This document shows, one piece after another, positions 46,388 through 56,774 of a stretch of DNA of 64,000 bases (the first letter of the stretch is position 1; the number at the start of each line of letters is the position of its first letter). Source of the DNA: Gemmatimonadales bacterium (lineage in GTDB: Bacteria > Gemmatimonadota > Gemmatimonadetes > Gemmatimonadales > GWC2-71-9); NCBI GenBank assembly GCA_039917855.1, contig JBDSIR010000098.1, positions 13,000-76,999 on the forward strand. The letters are read 5' to 3'. The notes beneath the pieces were generated by a model, which saw only the letters and a list, made by a program, of their open reading frames with translations, was not told where the DNA came from and ran no database searches. A program made the translations under genes and the position numbers.

Positions 46388-47070
46388 CGGTCCCTCGTTC
46401 CGAAGAGGAGAGTACCCAACCGCACCAGCGTCGCACCCTCTTCGACCGCGACACCGTAGTCTCCTGACATCCCCATGGACAGCTCGGGCAACGGGTGCCC
46501 GGAACTCCTACCCTGCTCCTGCACCGTGCGGAGCCGCTGAAAGGCGGCGCGCTGCACGCGTTCGTCGTTGGTGAACTCCGCCATCGTCATCAGCCCGCGG
46601 ACGTCGATCCGGTCGAGCCCGCGGATCCGTTCGAGGAGGGCGACACACTCCGCGGGCTCCACCCCGCCCTTCTGCGGCTCGCCGGAACAGTTGACCTGGA
46701 GGAGCACCGCCTGGCGAGATCCTTCGGGAAGGCGCTTCTGGAACTCCTCGGCCAGATCGAACCGGTCGATGGAGTGAACCAGGGCGAAGCGCCAGATCAC
46801 CTGCCGGACCTTGTTCCGCTGGAGCGACCCGACCAGGTGCCAGTCGACAGTGACATCGGCGGTGGCGTCCTGCTTGGGGAGCGCCTCCTGGACCCGGTTC
46901 TCGCCGACCGCATCGAGCCCGGCGGCGACCGCCGCGCGGACCGCCTCAGGACCGTGGGTCTTGGTGACCGCCACGATCCGGACCGGGTGGGTCCGGCCTC
47001 CCCTGGCTTGAGCCTCGGCGATGGTGGCCCGTACTCTCGCAAGCCGCTCAGGGAGCTCCGGAAAACCCAT
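46384..47070 (-). CDS. yggS: YggS family pyridoxal-phosphate homeostasis protein
   Basis: RIVAVTKTH (PLP lysine), HLVGSLQRNKV, SMGMSGDY. Confidence 0.88.
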   Translation of the reverse strand: MGFPELPERLARVRATIAEAQARGGRTHPVRIVAVTKTHGPEAVRAAVAAGLDAVGENRVQEALPKQDATADVTVDWHLVGSLQRNKVRQVIWRFALVHSIDRFDLAEEFQKRLPEGSRQAVLLQVNCSGEPQKGGVEPAECVALLERIRGLDRIDVRGLMTMAEFTNDERVQRAAFQRLRTVQEQGRSSGHPLPELSMGMSGDYGVAVEEGATLVRLGTLLFGTRDR

Positions 47071-47095
47071 AACTATCTAATCTAATTGAAGTTAC
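47071..47095 (-). promoter_or_regulatory. AT-rich patch immediately upstream of the yggS ATG; possible promoter giving a very short or absent leader
   Basis: Coding-strand sequence cttcaattagattagatagttATG is a striking AT island in a GC-rich genome and carries TAGATT/TAGATA -10-like hexamers. No SD is visible. Confidence 0.3.
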
Positions 47096-47174
47096 GGGGG
47101 GCGGGTAGGACGGGTGGTGTAGACGGGAGGAGTCGGCCGTCGAACGGTCCCGCGCAGCGGCTCAATGATTCCAA

Positions 47175-47218
47175 GTGCCCGCCGAGGGACGGCGGTCCTC
47201 CGCCGTCCGCACCGGGAT
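47175..47218. repeat. 44-nt element containing the hairpin GGACGGCGG-N4-CCGCCGTCC; inverted partner at 47429-47473
   Basis: gtgcccgccgagggacggcggtcctccgccgtccgcaccgggatc is nearly the reverse complement of ggatccccgcacggacggcgggggaccgccgtccctcggcgggc. Confidence 0.85.
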
Positions 47219-47264
47219 CTCGACTCGCGGTCCCGGCCGAAGGCCGCTGGGGATCCATGCCCAC

Positions 47265-47416
47265 GTGTCATCCTGAGGGAGCTTCAGCTCCCGAAGGATC
47301 TGCTCCGCCAAGACCGGTGCTGGTCATCGCGGACCGGTCTTCACACTCGAGATCTTTCGGGGCCCGAAGGCCCCTCAGGATGACAGCTCGCCCAGTACGA
47401 TCAGTCGCTTCGCGGG
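47265..47416. repeat. ~152-bp palindrome-ended element, copy 1 (termini GTCATCCTGAGGG ... CCCTCAGGATGAC)
   Basis: Near-identical to 47524-47675 with a handful of substitutions, at a 259-nt period. Has an internal GGGGCC-CGAA-GGCCCC hairpin. MITE/REP-like; no coding capacity. Confidence 0.9.
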
Positions 47417-47428
47417 GAGTGTCGTATT

Positions 47429-47473
47429 GGGATCCCCGCACGGACGGCGGGGGACCGCCGTCCCTCGGCGGGC
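47429..47473. repeat. inverted copy of the 47175-47218 element
   Basis: See 47175-47218. The two copies flank copy 1 of the 152-bp element. Confidence 0.85.
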
Positions 47474-47523
47474 TCCTTGGATGGATAAGCCGCTTCGCAG
47501 GGAGTGCTCTGGCCCTCGCCCCG

Positions 47524-47675
47524 GTGTCATCCTGAGGGGGCTTCAGCTCCCGAAGGATCTGCTCCGCCAAGACCGGTGCTGGTCATCGCGGACCGGTCTT
47601 CACACGCGAGATCCTTCGGGGCCTGAAGGCCCCTCAGGATGACAGCTCGCCCAGTACGATCAGCCGCTTCGCGGG
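47524..47675. repeat. ~152-bp palindrome-ended element, copy 2
   Basis: Direct repeat of 47265-47416. Ends exactly at the stop codon (47676) of the upstream DUF2723 gene. Confidence 0.9.
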
Positions 47676-50090
47676 CTACGGCCTCGGGATGGCCGGCGCC
47701 TGCTCCTGCAGCAGCCGCTGTCGCACCAGATCGGCCGCGGCCTGAAGCTGGGAGTCGGGGCGGATCCGGATGGCAAGCTCGAGGTACTTGAGCGCGGTCT
47801 GCCCGTCGCCCCGGCTGTCGGCCGCGACGGCGAGGACGAGGACCGGCTGCTGGAGATTGTTCGAGACCACTTCGGCCGCGCTTTCGAGCCTGCGCCGGTG
47901 CGCCATCGAATCGAGCCCCGCCCAGCGATACACCTCATCGACGAGGCGGGTGGTCGCCGGCAGGTCGACGAGCACGCCATTCAGGCTTCGGGGCGCGAAG
48001 CGGTGATCGGTGCTGTCGGGAAGCGCCGGCTCGACCATGTTGGCGAGCCCCTGCTGCACGATGTAGGGATCGAGCCCCAGAAAATCCCGCCCTGCCGAGA
48101 CCGACCAAGCGATGGGGCGACGACCGAGGTTCTGCTGGATGATCCGGAGCACGCCGATGTCGTTCGGCGCGAGTACCGCACCCGCCGGGATCACATGGGC
48201 GATCGGGCCGAGCTGGACCGGGGTGTTCTCACGGACCGGGTGCAGCACGCCGACCACACCGTCGATCTCGGCGTCGGTCATCGTGTGGACCGGCCAATCG
48301 GGTCGAGCCCCCCCCAAGCCGCGCCAGATCGGCGCCGATGCCGAATCGACGAAGGTCCGCGTCGGGTGGTCCCGCAACTGCTTGAGGTACCAATTGGTCT
48401 GGGCCAGCGCGAGGCAGACGATCGTGACGTCCGGACGGAGCCCCTCCACCTCCTGGGCGTACCAGAGCGGGAAGGTGTCGTTGTCGCCAAAAGTGATGAG
48501 GATGCCGTAGGGCGGCACCGAGTTCAGCACGTCATAGGCGAAGTCCCGCGCCAGCCACGCCACCGGTCGCACGGCTCGGCTCGCTTCGGCCCAGTTGGTG
48601 CCGATCGGGATGAGGCAGAGGGCGAGCACGGCCCCCGAGGCCAGCGGCCGGATCCTTCGCCAAGGCTCAGGACGTGGGCCCGCGCCCACCGACTTGAACG
48701 TTTTCGCTGCCAGGAGCACGACGCCCATTCCCGCCCAGAGACCCCAGACCACGAAGCTCACGAGGAAGAAGTAATCGCGCTCACGCACCTCGTGCTGGCC
48801 GAAATTCGGGAAACGGTCATAGCCCAGGCTGAACCCCGGCTTGAAGTTCATGTAGGCCACGAGACCGAGGCCGGTGGTCAGGAAGAGGACCGTGAGCATC
48901 CCCCACCCCGCCCGGTCTGCCCGGCGATGGGCGACCGCGCCGAGCACGCCGAGGAGGGTGTAGAGCGCGGCAAAGGGGGCGCGGACAAACCACTCGGTGA
49001 AGCCCATCCCCCACTGCCAGAAGAAGTACTGGAAGTAGTTGACGAGCTGCAGCCCGATGATGATGGGCGAGCGGCCCGGGTTGCCCGCACCGTGCTGGAC
49101 GGTGGGATCGTCGAACGGCCCGCGCAGCGGGTACTGCTTGCGGCGGATGACGTCGAGGAGGCTCTGCCAATTGTCGGGCTGAGCCTCGTTCAGGATCGGG
49201 TGCTGGCCGGCGCGGAGGTAGAGAAAGAGGTAGGAGGTGATCCCGATGACCGAGACCGCGAGCGCCACCGCGGCGAACGCACCGCGGCCGTGGGTCATCG
49301 CCCAGACCGCCGCCACGACGAAGCAGGCGGCGCCGAAGCCGCTGAGCCAGATGTTGCCCAGGCCCAACCCGATGAGGAGAAGCCAGGTGCCGGCGACGAC
49401 CGCGGCCGTCGCGTGCTCCCGCGAACGCTCCGCCGGATCCTTGAGCGGCGACTCGCGCGATACGATCACGAGGAATGTCACCACCGCCGGCCCGACGAGT
49501 AGGGCCAGGAGGTGGTTCCCGATCGACAGGCCCGCGAGGTAGAGCACCAGCAGCAGGGTGCGGTCGGCCTTGGCGGTGCCGCGCTGTTCACGCCACCGGA
49601 GCATCAGCCAGCAGATGAATGAGATCACGAAGACCGCGATGGCGTACACCTCGGTCTCATTCGAATTCTGCCAGTTGGTGAAGGTGAAGGCCCCCGCGAG
49701 TGCGGCGGCACCGGCACCCAGGGGTACCAACCATCGTGGCGTTTCGGCCTCGGCGATCGCCGGGACGCGACGGAGCGCCTCCCACGCTACCAGTCCAAGG
49801 GCGGCGGTACCGGCAGCGCTCGCGACCGCCGTAAGCAGGTTGATCCGCCAGGCCCAGCTCCCCACGACCAGGAGACTGCCCCACACGTGCGCGAGCATCA
49901 CCCAGAGGGGGGTACCGGGAGGATGCGGGATGCCGAGGATCTTCGACGCTGCAAGGAACTCGCCGGCATCCCAGAGCGTGACCGTCGGCGCGAGGCTGGC
50001 CACGAGGAGAGCGAGGGAGACGGCGAACAGGGCGAGGGCGAACCGCCAGCGGGCGCGAGCGGTAGGGCGGTCAGGCGGCAAGGCGGTCAT
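47676..50090 (-). CDS. DUF2723 / GT-C-fold membrane glycosyltransferase-like protein with C-terminal TPR-like region
   Basis: About 11 predicted hydrophobic helices. N-terminal TVTLWDAGEFLAASKILGIPHPPGTPLW is the DUF2723 (TMEM260-like) hallmark. 804 aa. Confidence 0.75.
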   Translation of the reverse strand: MTALPPDRPTARARWRFALALFAVSLALLVASLAPTVTLWDAGEFLAASKILGIPHPPGTPLWVMLAHVWGSLLVVGSWAWRINLLTAVASAAGTAALGLVAWEALRRVPAIAEAETPRWLVPLGAGAAALAGAFTFTNWQNSNETEVYAIAVFVISFICWLMLRWREQRGTAKADRTLLLVLYLAGLSIGNHLLALLVGPAVVTFLVIVSRESPLKDPAERSREHATAAVVAGTWLLLIGLGLGNIWLSGFGAACFVVAAVWAMTHGRGAFAAVALAVSVIGITSYLFLYLRAGQHPILNEAQPDNWQSLLDVIRRKQYPLRGPFDDPTVQHGAGNPGRSPIIIGLQLVNYFQYFFWQWGMGFTEWFVRAPFAALYTLLGVLGAVAHRRADRAGWGMLTVLFLTTGLGLVAYMNFKPGFSLGYDRFPNFGQHEVRERDYFFLVSFVVWGLWAGMGVVLLAAKTFKSVGAGPRPEPWRRIRPLASGAVLALCLIPIGTNWAEASRAVRPVAWLARDFAYDVLNSVPPYGILITFGDNDTFPLWYAQEVEGLRPDVTIVCLALAQTNWYLKQLRDHPTRTFVDSASAPIWRGLGGARPDWPVHTMTDAEIDGVVGVLHPVRENTPVQLGPIAHVIPAGAVLAPNDIGVLRIIQQNLGRRPIAWSVSAGRDFLGLDPYIVQQGLANMVEPALPDSTDHRFAPRSLNGVLVDLPATTRLVDEVYRWAGLDSMAHRRRLESAAEVVSNNLQQPVLVLAVAADSRGDGQTALKYLELAIRIRPDSQLQAAADLVRQRLLQEQAPAIPRP

Positions 50091-50890
50091 GGCGTTGGGA
50101 TCGGCGTCACAGTATCGGAGAGAGCGGCCGCGTCGAGGCGCGAATACGCCAGCGCGCGGCGCACCTGATCGTGATCAAGGTCCCGGTAGAGCCGGCCGCG
50201 GACGGCGAGGGCGAGCTGTCCCGTCTCCTCGCTCACCACGAAGACGAGCGCATCGGTCTCTTCGGAGAGGCCGAGCGCGGCGCGGTGGCGGGTACCGAGT
50301 GAGCGGTCGGCCAAGGGGGCCTGGGTGAGCGGCAGGATGGCGCCCGCGGCGGCGAGGCGCTCACCCCGGATGATCACCGCCCCGTCGTGCAGGGGGGACG
50401 GCGGCGTGAAGATGCTCTGCAGCAGCTCGGCCGAGACGGCGCCATCGATCGAGGTGCCGGAGGCGGCCACCTCTTCGAGCGCCGCATCGCGCTCGACCGC
50501 GATGATCGCGCCGATCGAGCTGCGTGACAGCCGCACCAGCGCCTCGGCGATCTCCTCCGCCACCGCGGCGCTGGCACCTCCCACGATGAACCGGAAGGGA
50601 CGGGCCCGACCGAGCCGGGCGAGGGCCTGTCGGAGTTCGGGCTGGAAGACGACGGCGATGGCGAAGACACCGTACGTGAAGAGCGCCGAAAGGAGGTAGG
50701 TGACCATGGTGAACTTGACCAGCGAGGCGGCGAGCCACCCCGCGAGCAGCACCAGGAGTCCGAAAACGATCTGGAGGGCGCGGGTCCCGGCGAGGAAACG
50801 GAGGAGCCGGTAGATCAGGAACGCCACCAGCAGGACCTCCACGGCATCGCGCCAGTGGGGCGCGAGAAGTCTCAGTTGGTCGGGAGGCAT
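50087..50890 (-). CDS. cdaA: diadenylate cyclase CdaA (DisA_N/DAC domain)
   Basis: Three N-terminal TM helices plus a DAC domain: GAIIAVERD, PLHDGAVIIRG, GTRHRAALGLSEETDALVFVVSEETG. Confidence 0.88.
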   Translation of the reverse strand: MPPDQLRLLAPHWRDAVEVLLVAFLIYRLLRFLAGTRALQIVFGLLVLLAGWLAASLVKFTMVTYLLSALFTYGVFAIAVVFQPELRQALARLGRARPFRFIVGGASAAVAEEIAEALVRLSRSSIGAIIAVERDAALEEVAASGTSIDGAVSAELLQSIFTPPSPLHDGAVIIRGERLAAAGAILPLTQAPLADRSLGTRHRAALGLSEETDALVFVVSEETGQLALAVRGRLYRDLDHDQVRRALAYSRLDAAALSDTVTPIPTP

Positions 50891-52055
50891 CAGGACACTC
50901 CGAGGGCGTGGACGATGGCCAAGGCATCGCGGACCGCGGCCGGGGCGTGCACCCGGAACAGCCGGGCCCCGCGTTCGGCGGCCACCCCGCAGGCGGCCGC
51001 AGTGGCGCGATCGCGATCGTCCGCGGCGCGGCCGGAAAGTTCACCGAGGAAGCGTTTCCGGGAGAGCCCCACGAAGGTGGGGCGCCCGAGTGCCACGACC
51101 GCACCGAGCCGATCGAGCAGAACGATATTCTGGGTCGGCGTCTTGGCAAAGCCGAACCCCGGATCGACCGCGACCGCGTCGAGAGGGATCCCCGCGGCAG
51201 TGGCGCGCTCGATGGCGTCGCCCAACTCACGGCACACCGCCGGCGCCACCCCGTCGGGGTACTCGGCGTGGGTGTATGAGGCGAGCTCGGCGAAGGAGCC
51301 GCGTGAATGCATCACCACCACCCCTGCCCCCGCCTCGGCGATGACCCCCGCCATCGCCGCATCGAATCGGAGGCCGCTTACCTCATTCACGATCCACGCT
51401 CCGGCCGAGAGTGCGGCGCGAGCGACGGCGCTCTTGGTGGTGTCGATCGAGAGTGGGCCAGTGGGCCAGTGGGCCGAGAGGGCCTCGATCACGGGGATCA
51501 CCCGGCGCATCTCTTCTTCTGCAGGGACCGGCACGGCGCCCGGACGGGTGGATTCCCCGCCGATGTCGAGCATCGTGGCCCCTTCGTCGAGCAGGCGGAG
51601 GGCGTGCGCCACCGCGGCGCCGGTGTTCGCGTGCGCGCCGCCATCGCTGAAGCTGTCGGGGGTGACGTTGACGATCCCGACGATGACGGGGCGGTCGAGC
51701 GGGATGGTGCCGCGCCGGGTGGGCCAGTGGGCCGGTGGGCCAGCGGGCAGGGCCAAGCCGACCGCGACGGCCAATTCCGAAAGCTCCGGCGGTAAGATCC
51801 AGGGGCGGGCGAGGGCGGAGACCCGGGCAGCGGTCCCCGCGATCAGGGCCCAGTCATCCCCGGTGAGGAGATCGAGCCCGGCGTTGAGATTCCACCGCTT
51901 GAGCGCCTCAAGGACGGGCGGGCTGATGCCCGCGACAACTAGCGCCACCGGGCCGAGTCCGTCAGCTGCGGACTCGGCCCGAGATTCATCCCAACCGTGG
52001 CCGCGAAGGAGCTCGGCGAATGCCGCGCGGCGGTGGACGGGGAGGAAGCTTGCCT

Positions 52056-52059
<4 letters not shown>
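50890..52059 (-). CDS. folP: dihydropteroate synthase with a ~110-aa N-terminal extension
   Basis: Pterin-binding domain IVGIVNVTPDSFSDGG, MLDIGGESTRPG, GFGFAKT. The first ~110 aa are not part of the canonical DHPS domain. Confidence 0.88.
51453..51476. repeat. tandem octamer array (GTGGGCCR)x3 inside folP
   Basis: gtgggcca gtgggcca gtgggccg. The 24 nt stay in frame and encode HWPTGPL. Confidence 0.9.
51719..51750. repeat. tandem octamer array (GTGGGCCR)x3-4 inside folP
   Basis: gtgggcca gtgggccg gtgggcca gcgggcag, encoding GPPAHWPT at the junction between the N-terminal extension and the DHPS domain. Confidence 0.9.
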
Positions 52060-54047
<1,988 letters not shown>

Positions 54048-54557
54048 CTATTCCAAGTCCGCGATGAACGGCAAATGCCGGTACTCTTCGGCGAAGTCGA
54101 GCCCATATCCCACCAGGAAGGCGGGCGGGGCGTGGAATCCCACGAAACGGAGCTCCTTTGGAGGCTCCTGGGCGATGCGCTTGTCGAGCAGCGCCACGAT
54201 GGCCAGGCTGGCGGGCTGGCGCTCCCCGAGGAGGGCCACCAGCCGATTCAGGGTCCGGCCGCTATCAATAATATCCTCAACGAGCAACACGTGCTTTCCG
54301 GCCAGGTCGATGGCCGGGTCGTAGAGCAGCCGGACGTTCCCGCTGGAGCTCTTCCCCACCCCGTAGCTCGACACCACCAGGAAGTCCAATTGGACCGGCC
54401 GCTCGATGGCGCGCACCAGGTCGGCCAGGAACAGGATGCTCCCCTTCAGGATGCCCACCATGAGCAATTCGCCGTCGGGATAGGCCGCGGCGATCTCCTT
54501 GCCCAGCTCCGTGACCCGCGTCCGGATCGTGGCGGCGTCATAGATGATGGCCTTCAT
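54048..54557 (-). CDS. hpt: hypoxanthine phosphoribosyltransferase
   Basis: VLLVEDIIDSGRTL PRPP-binding motif. 169 aa from the ATG at 54557. The stop abuts the ftsH start. Confidence 0.9.
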   Translation of the reverse strand: MKAIIYDAATIRTRVTELGKEIAAAYPDGELLMVGILKGSILFLADLVRAIERPVQLDFLVVSSYGVGKSSSGNVRLLYDPAIDLAGKHVLLVEDIIDSGRTLNRLVALLGERQPASLAIVALLDKRIAQEPPKELRFVGFHAPPAFLVGYGLDFAEEYRHLPFIADLE

Positions 54558-54585
54558 CGGCTTGCCGCCGGTGCGCCTGAGGTCC

Positions 54586-55917
54586 TCAGGAGACATGGAC
54601 ATCGACACGCAGTGCCTCGGCCCCTTCGGGCGGGAGGAGTTCGGTGGAGCGACAGACGCCGGGGATCCAGACCAGGTGACCACCGGCATCGAAGAGGGGC
54701 CAGCGCGCCCGCCGTCCGGCAGGGACGCGGGCGTCCTGAAAGCAGCGGACCGCCAGCCGACGGCCGGTGCCGCCGAGCGGGGCGATCCGGTCCCCCCGAC
54801 GCCAGGGACGCACCGCCAAACTATCAGGGAGGAACCACGCGGTGAACCCTCCGCGCCCCTGCAGCGCCGGCGCCGTTTCGCGCCGCCACGAGACCCGCCA
54901 CCCCGCCCAGGCGGCCTCGCCGATGTCGCCGGAGAGGGTCAGCGGGACGAGCGGACCAGTAGGCAGGTCGGCTCGCACGACGAGACGGCCGAACGAGAGC
55001 TCGGCCACCCACCCGGCGCCGAGCTGGGCATACTTGCCGCTCACTCCCCCGCGGGCGAGCGCGATGGCGCGACGCGCGGCGTTCGGACCCACCACTCCGC
55101 CGGCTTGGCGCCCCAGGGACCGCACAATGCTCTCGGCGAGTACCGGCTCGCACCGCGCCACCGCCGCCGCGGAGACCGAGAGGCCCCCGGCGTCGTCACG
55201 GAATTCCAGTTCCTTCCATCCGCGAAGCACCGCGCTCCAGGCTTCGGCATTCCGGCCGGCGTCCCGCCCGGTCCGTCGGAGGTGACGATCGACGGCCGGG
55301 ACCCGCTCGCGGAGCTGGGGCAGGATCGCTCCACGTACCCACGAACGAAGGTGCCGCAGATCCTCATTGGCGGGGTCGTGCCAGACCACGAGCCCCCGCT
55401 CGGCGATGTACTCGCGAAGATGCGCGCGCGGCACGCCCAGAAGCGGACGCACCAGGAGTCCGCGGCGGAGCTCCATCCCTCGGAGCCCCGTCACGCCTGT
55501 CCCCTTGAGCGAGCGCAGAAAGATGGTCTCGGCCTGGTCGTCGGCATGATGGGCGAGAAAGATCACGCTGGCATCCTCTCGGAGGGCGACTTGGCGCAAC
55601 CAGCCGTGCCGGGAGGTCCGTGCCACCGTCTCGGTGGGGTACGCGTGCGCGGCGCCGAGGTGCAGATGGCCCAGGATGAAGGGGAGGTCGCAGGTCACGG
55701 CGAGCTGCTGCACCTGCTCGGCGACCTTGGCACTGTCAGGATGGATCCCGTGGTCGGCATGCACGACCAGCAATTCGAGGCCATGCTCCGCACGGGTGCG
55801 GACGAGGAGATCGAGCAGCGCCACCGAGTCGGGACCGCCCGACACCGCGACCAAGGCCCGCCCCACCGGAAGGCGGAGACGTTGCAAGACCGAGGTCAGG
55901 TGACTGGCGAGGTCCAT
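54586..55917 (-). CDS. tilS: tRNA(Ile)-lysidine synthase
   Basis: VAVSGGPDSVALLDLL PP-loop. tilS-hpt-ftsH order. Confidence 0.9.
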   Translation of the reverse strand: MDLASHLTSVLQRLRLPVGRALVAVSGGPDSVALLDLLVRTRAEHGLELLVVHADHGIHPDSAKVAEQVQQLAVTCDLPFILGHLHLGAAHAYPTETVARTSRHGWLRQVALREDASVIFLAHHADDQAETIFLRSLKGTGVTGLRGMELRRGLLVRPLLGVPRAHLREYIAERGLVVWHDPANEDLRHLRSWVRGAILPQLRERVPAVDRHLRRTGRDAGRNAEAWSAVLRGWKELEFRDDAGGLSVSAAAVARCEPVLAESIVRSLGRQAGGVVGPNAARRAIALARGGVSGKYAQLGAGWVAELSFGRLVVRADLPTGPLVPLTLSGDIGEAAWAGWRVSWRRETAPALQGRGGFTAWFLPDSLAVRPWRRGDRIAPLGGTGRRLAVRCFQDARVPAGRRARWPLFDAGGHLVWIPGVCRSTELLPPEGAEALRVDVHVS

Positions 55918-56035
55918 GGTTAAATATGGGCGGATGGGCGCACGGGCGGAGGGGCGCAGGTTCGGCTTGCTGTCTTAGGCTCCGACCTAGTAGGATGAAG
56001 TCGGCAGTTCGCGACTCTCACCACCACTGAACCCA

Positions 56036-56620
56036 ATGTCCGACTTCGAAACCCCCGTGGAAGCGCCGACCCCCCGCCCCGACCCGCTCGCCGAGCGGTT
56101 GCTGCGCGCACGAACGATCATCATCAGCGGGGAGATCAACCAGAAGCTCGCGGCCGGCATCATGGCGCAACTGCTGGCCCTGGCCGTGGAGTCGGACGAC
56201 CCGATCACGATCTACCTGAACAGTCAGGGCGGTCACGTCGAGTCGGGGGACACCATCCACGACATGATCCGATACGTCAGGCCGCGTATCCGGATCGTGG
56301 GGACCGGCTGGGTGGCGAGCGCGGGGGCGCTGATCTTCGTCTCGGTCCCCAAGTCGGACCGCTACTGCCTGCCCAATACCCGCTTCCTGCTGCACCAGCC
56401 GGCGGGCGGCGCGGGGGGTACGGCGAGCGACATCGAGATCGAAGCCAAGGAGATCCTCCGGATGCGCGACCGGCTCAACAAGATCTTCGCCAAGGAGACC
56501 GGACAGACGCTCGAGAGGATCGTGGAGGATACCCACCGCAACTTCTGGCTGGACGCGGAGCCGGCCAAGGCGTACGGGCTGGTCGGATCGATCATCAAGA
56601 CGATGGACGAGCTGAAGTGA
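56036..56620 (+). CDS. clpP: ATP-dependent Clp protease proteolytic subunit
   Basis: [14 protein letters not shown], catalytic Ser context [11 protein letters not shown], His context FLLHQP, Asp context RDRL. Confidence 0.95.
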   Translation: MSDFETPVEAPTPRPDPLAERLLRARTIIISGEINQKLAAGIMAQLLALAVESDDPITIYLNSQGGHVESGDTIHDMIRYVRPRIRIVGTGWVASAGALIFVSVPKSDRYCLPNTRFLLHQPAGGAGGTASDIEIEAKEILRMRDRLNKIFAKETGQTLERIVEDTHRNFWLDAEPAKAYGLVGSIIKTMDELK

Positions 56621-56636
56621 CCTTCTAATCCGAACC

Positions 56637-56774
56637 GCCTAAACCACGGAGTATCGGAGTTCCACGGAGAGGCACGGAGATGGACTTTGGGGGTGCAGGG
56701 CGAGATCTCGCCTTGCACCCCCTTCGCCATCCTCCGTGGATCTCCGTGTGCCTCCGGCTCTCCGTGGTTTAGGC
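56637..56774. repeat. nested palindromic element between convergent clpP and the GNAT gene (likely bidirectional terminator / MITE-like)
   Basis: Outer 15-nt perfect inverted repeat gcctaaaccacggag / ctccgtggtttaggc. Inner CCACGGAG/CTCCGTGG repeats. A central 34-nt palindrome gggggtgcagggcgagatctcgccttgcaccccc at 56689-56722. The right arm covers the GNAT stop codon. Confidence 0.85.

Noticed and set aside
47082-47642. Small ORFs (60-149 aa) on both strands within the 47.1-47.7-kb gap.
   Set aside because: They are generated by the direct and inverted repeats: the same peptide strings recur, such as ...LQLPKDLLRQDRCWSSRTGLHT.... They lack start-site context and overlap each other. The region is repeat DNA, not coding.
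55918-56035. Divergent tilS/clpP intergenic region searched for a heat-shock operator (CIRCE) or a clear promoter.
   Set aside because: No CIRCE-like inverted repeat (TTAGCACTC-N9-GAGTGCTAA) and only weak -35/-10 candidates, so it is not reportable.
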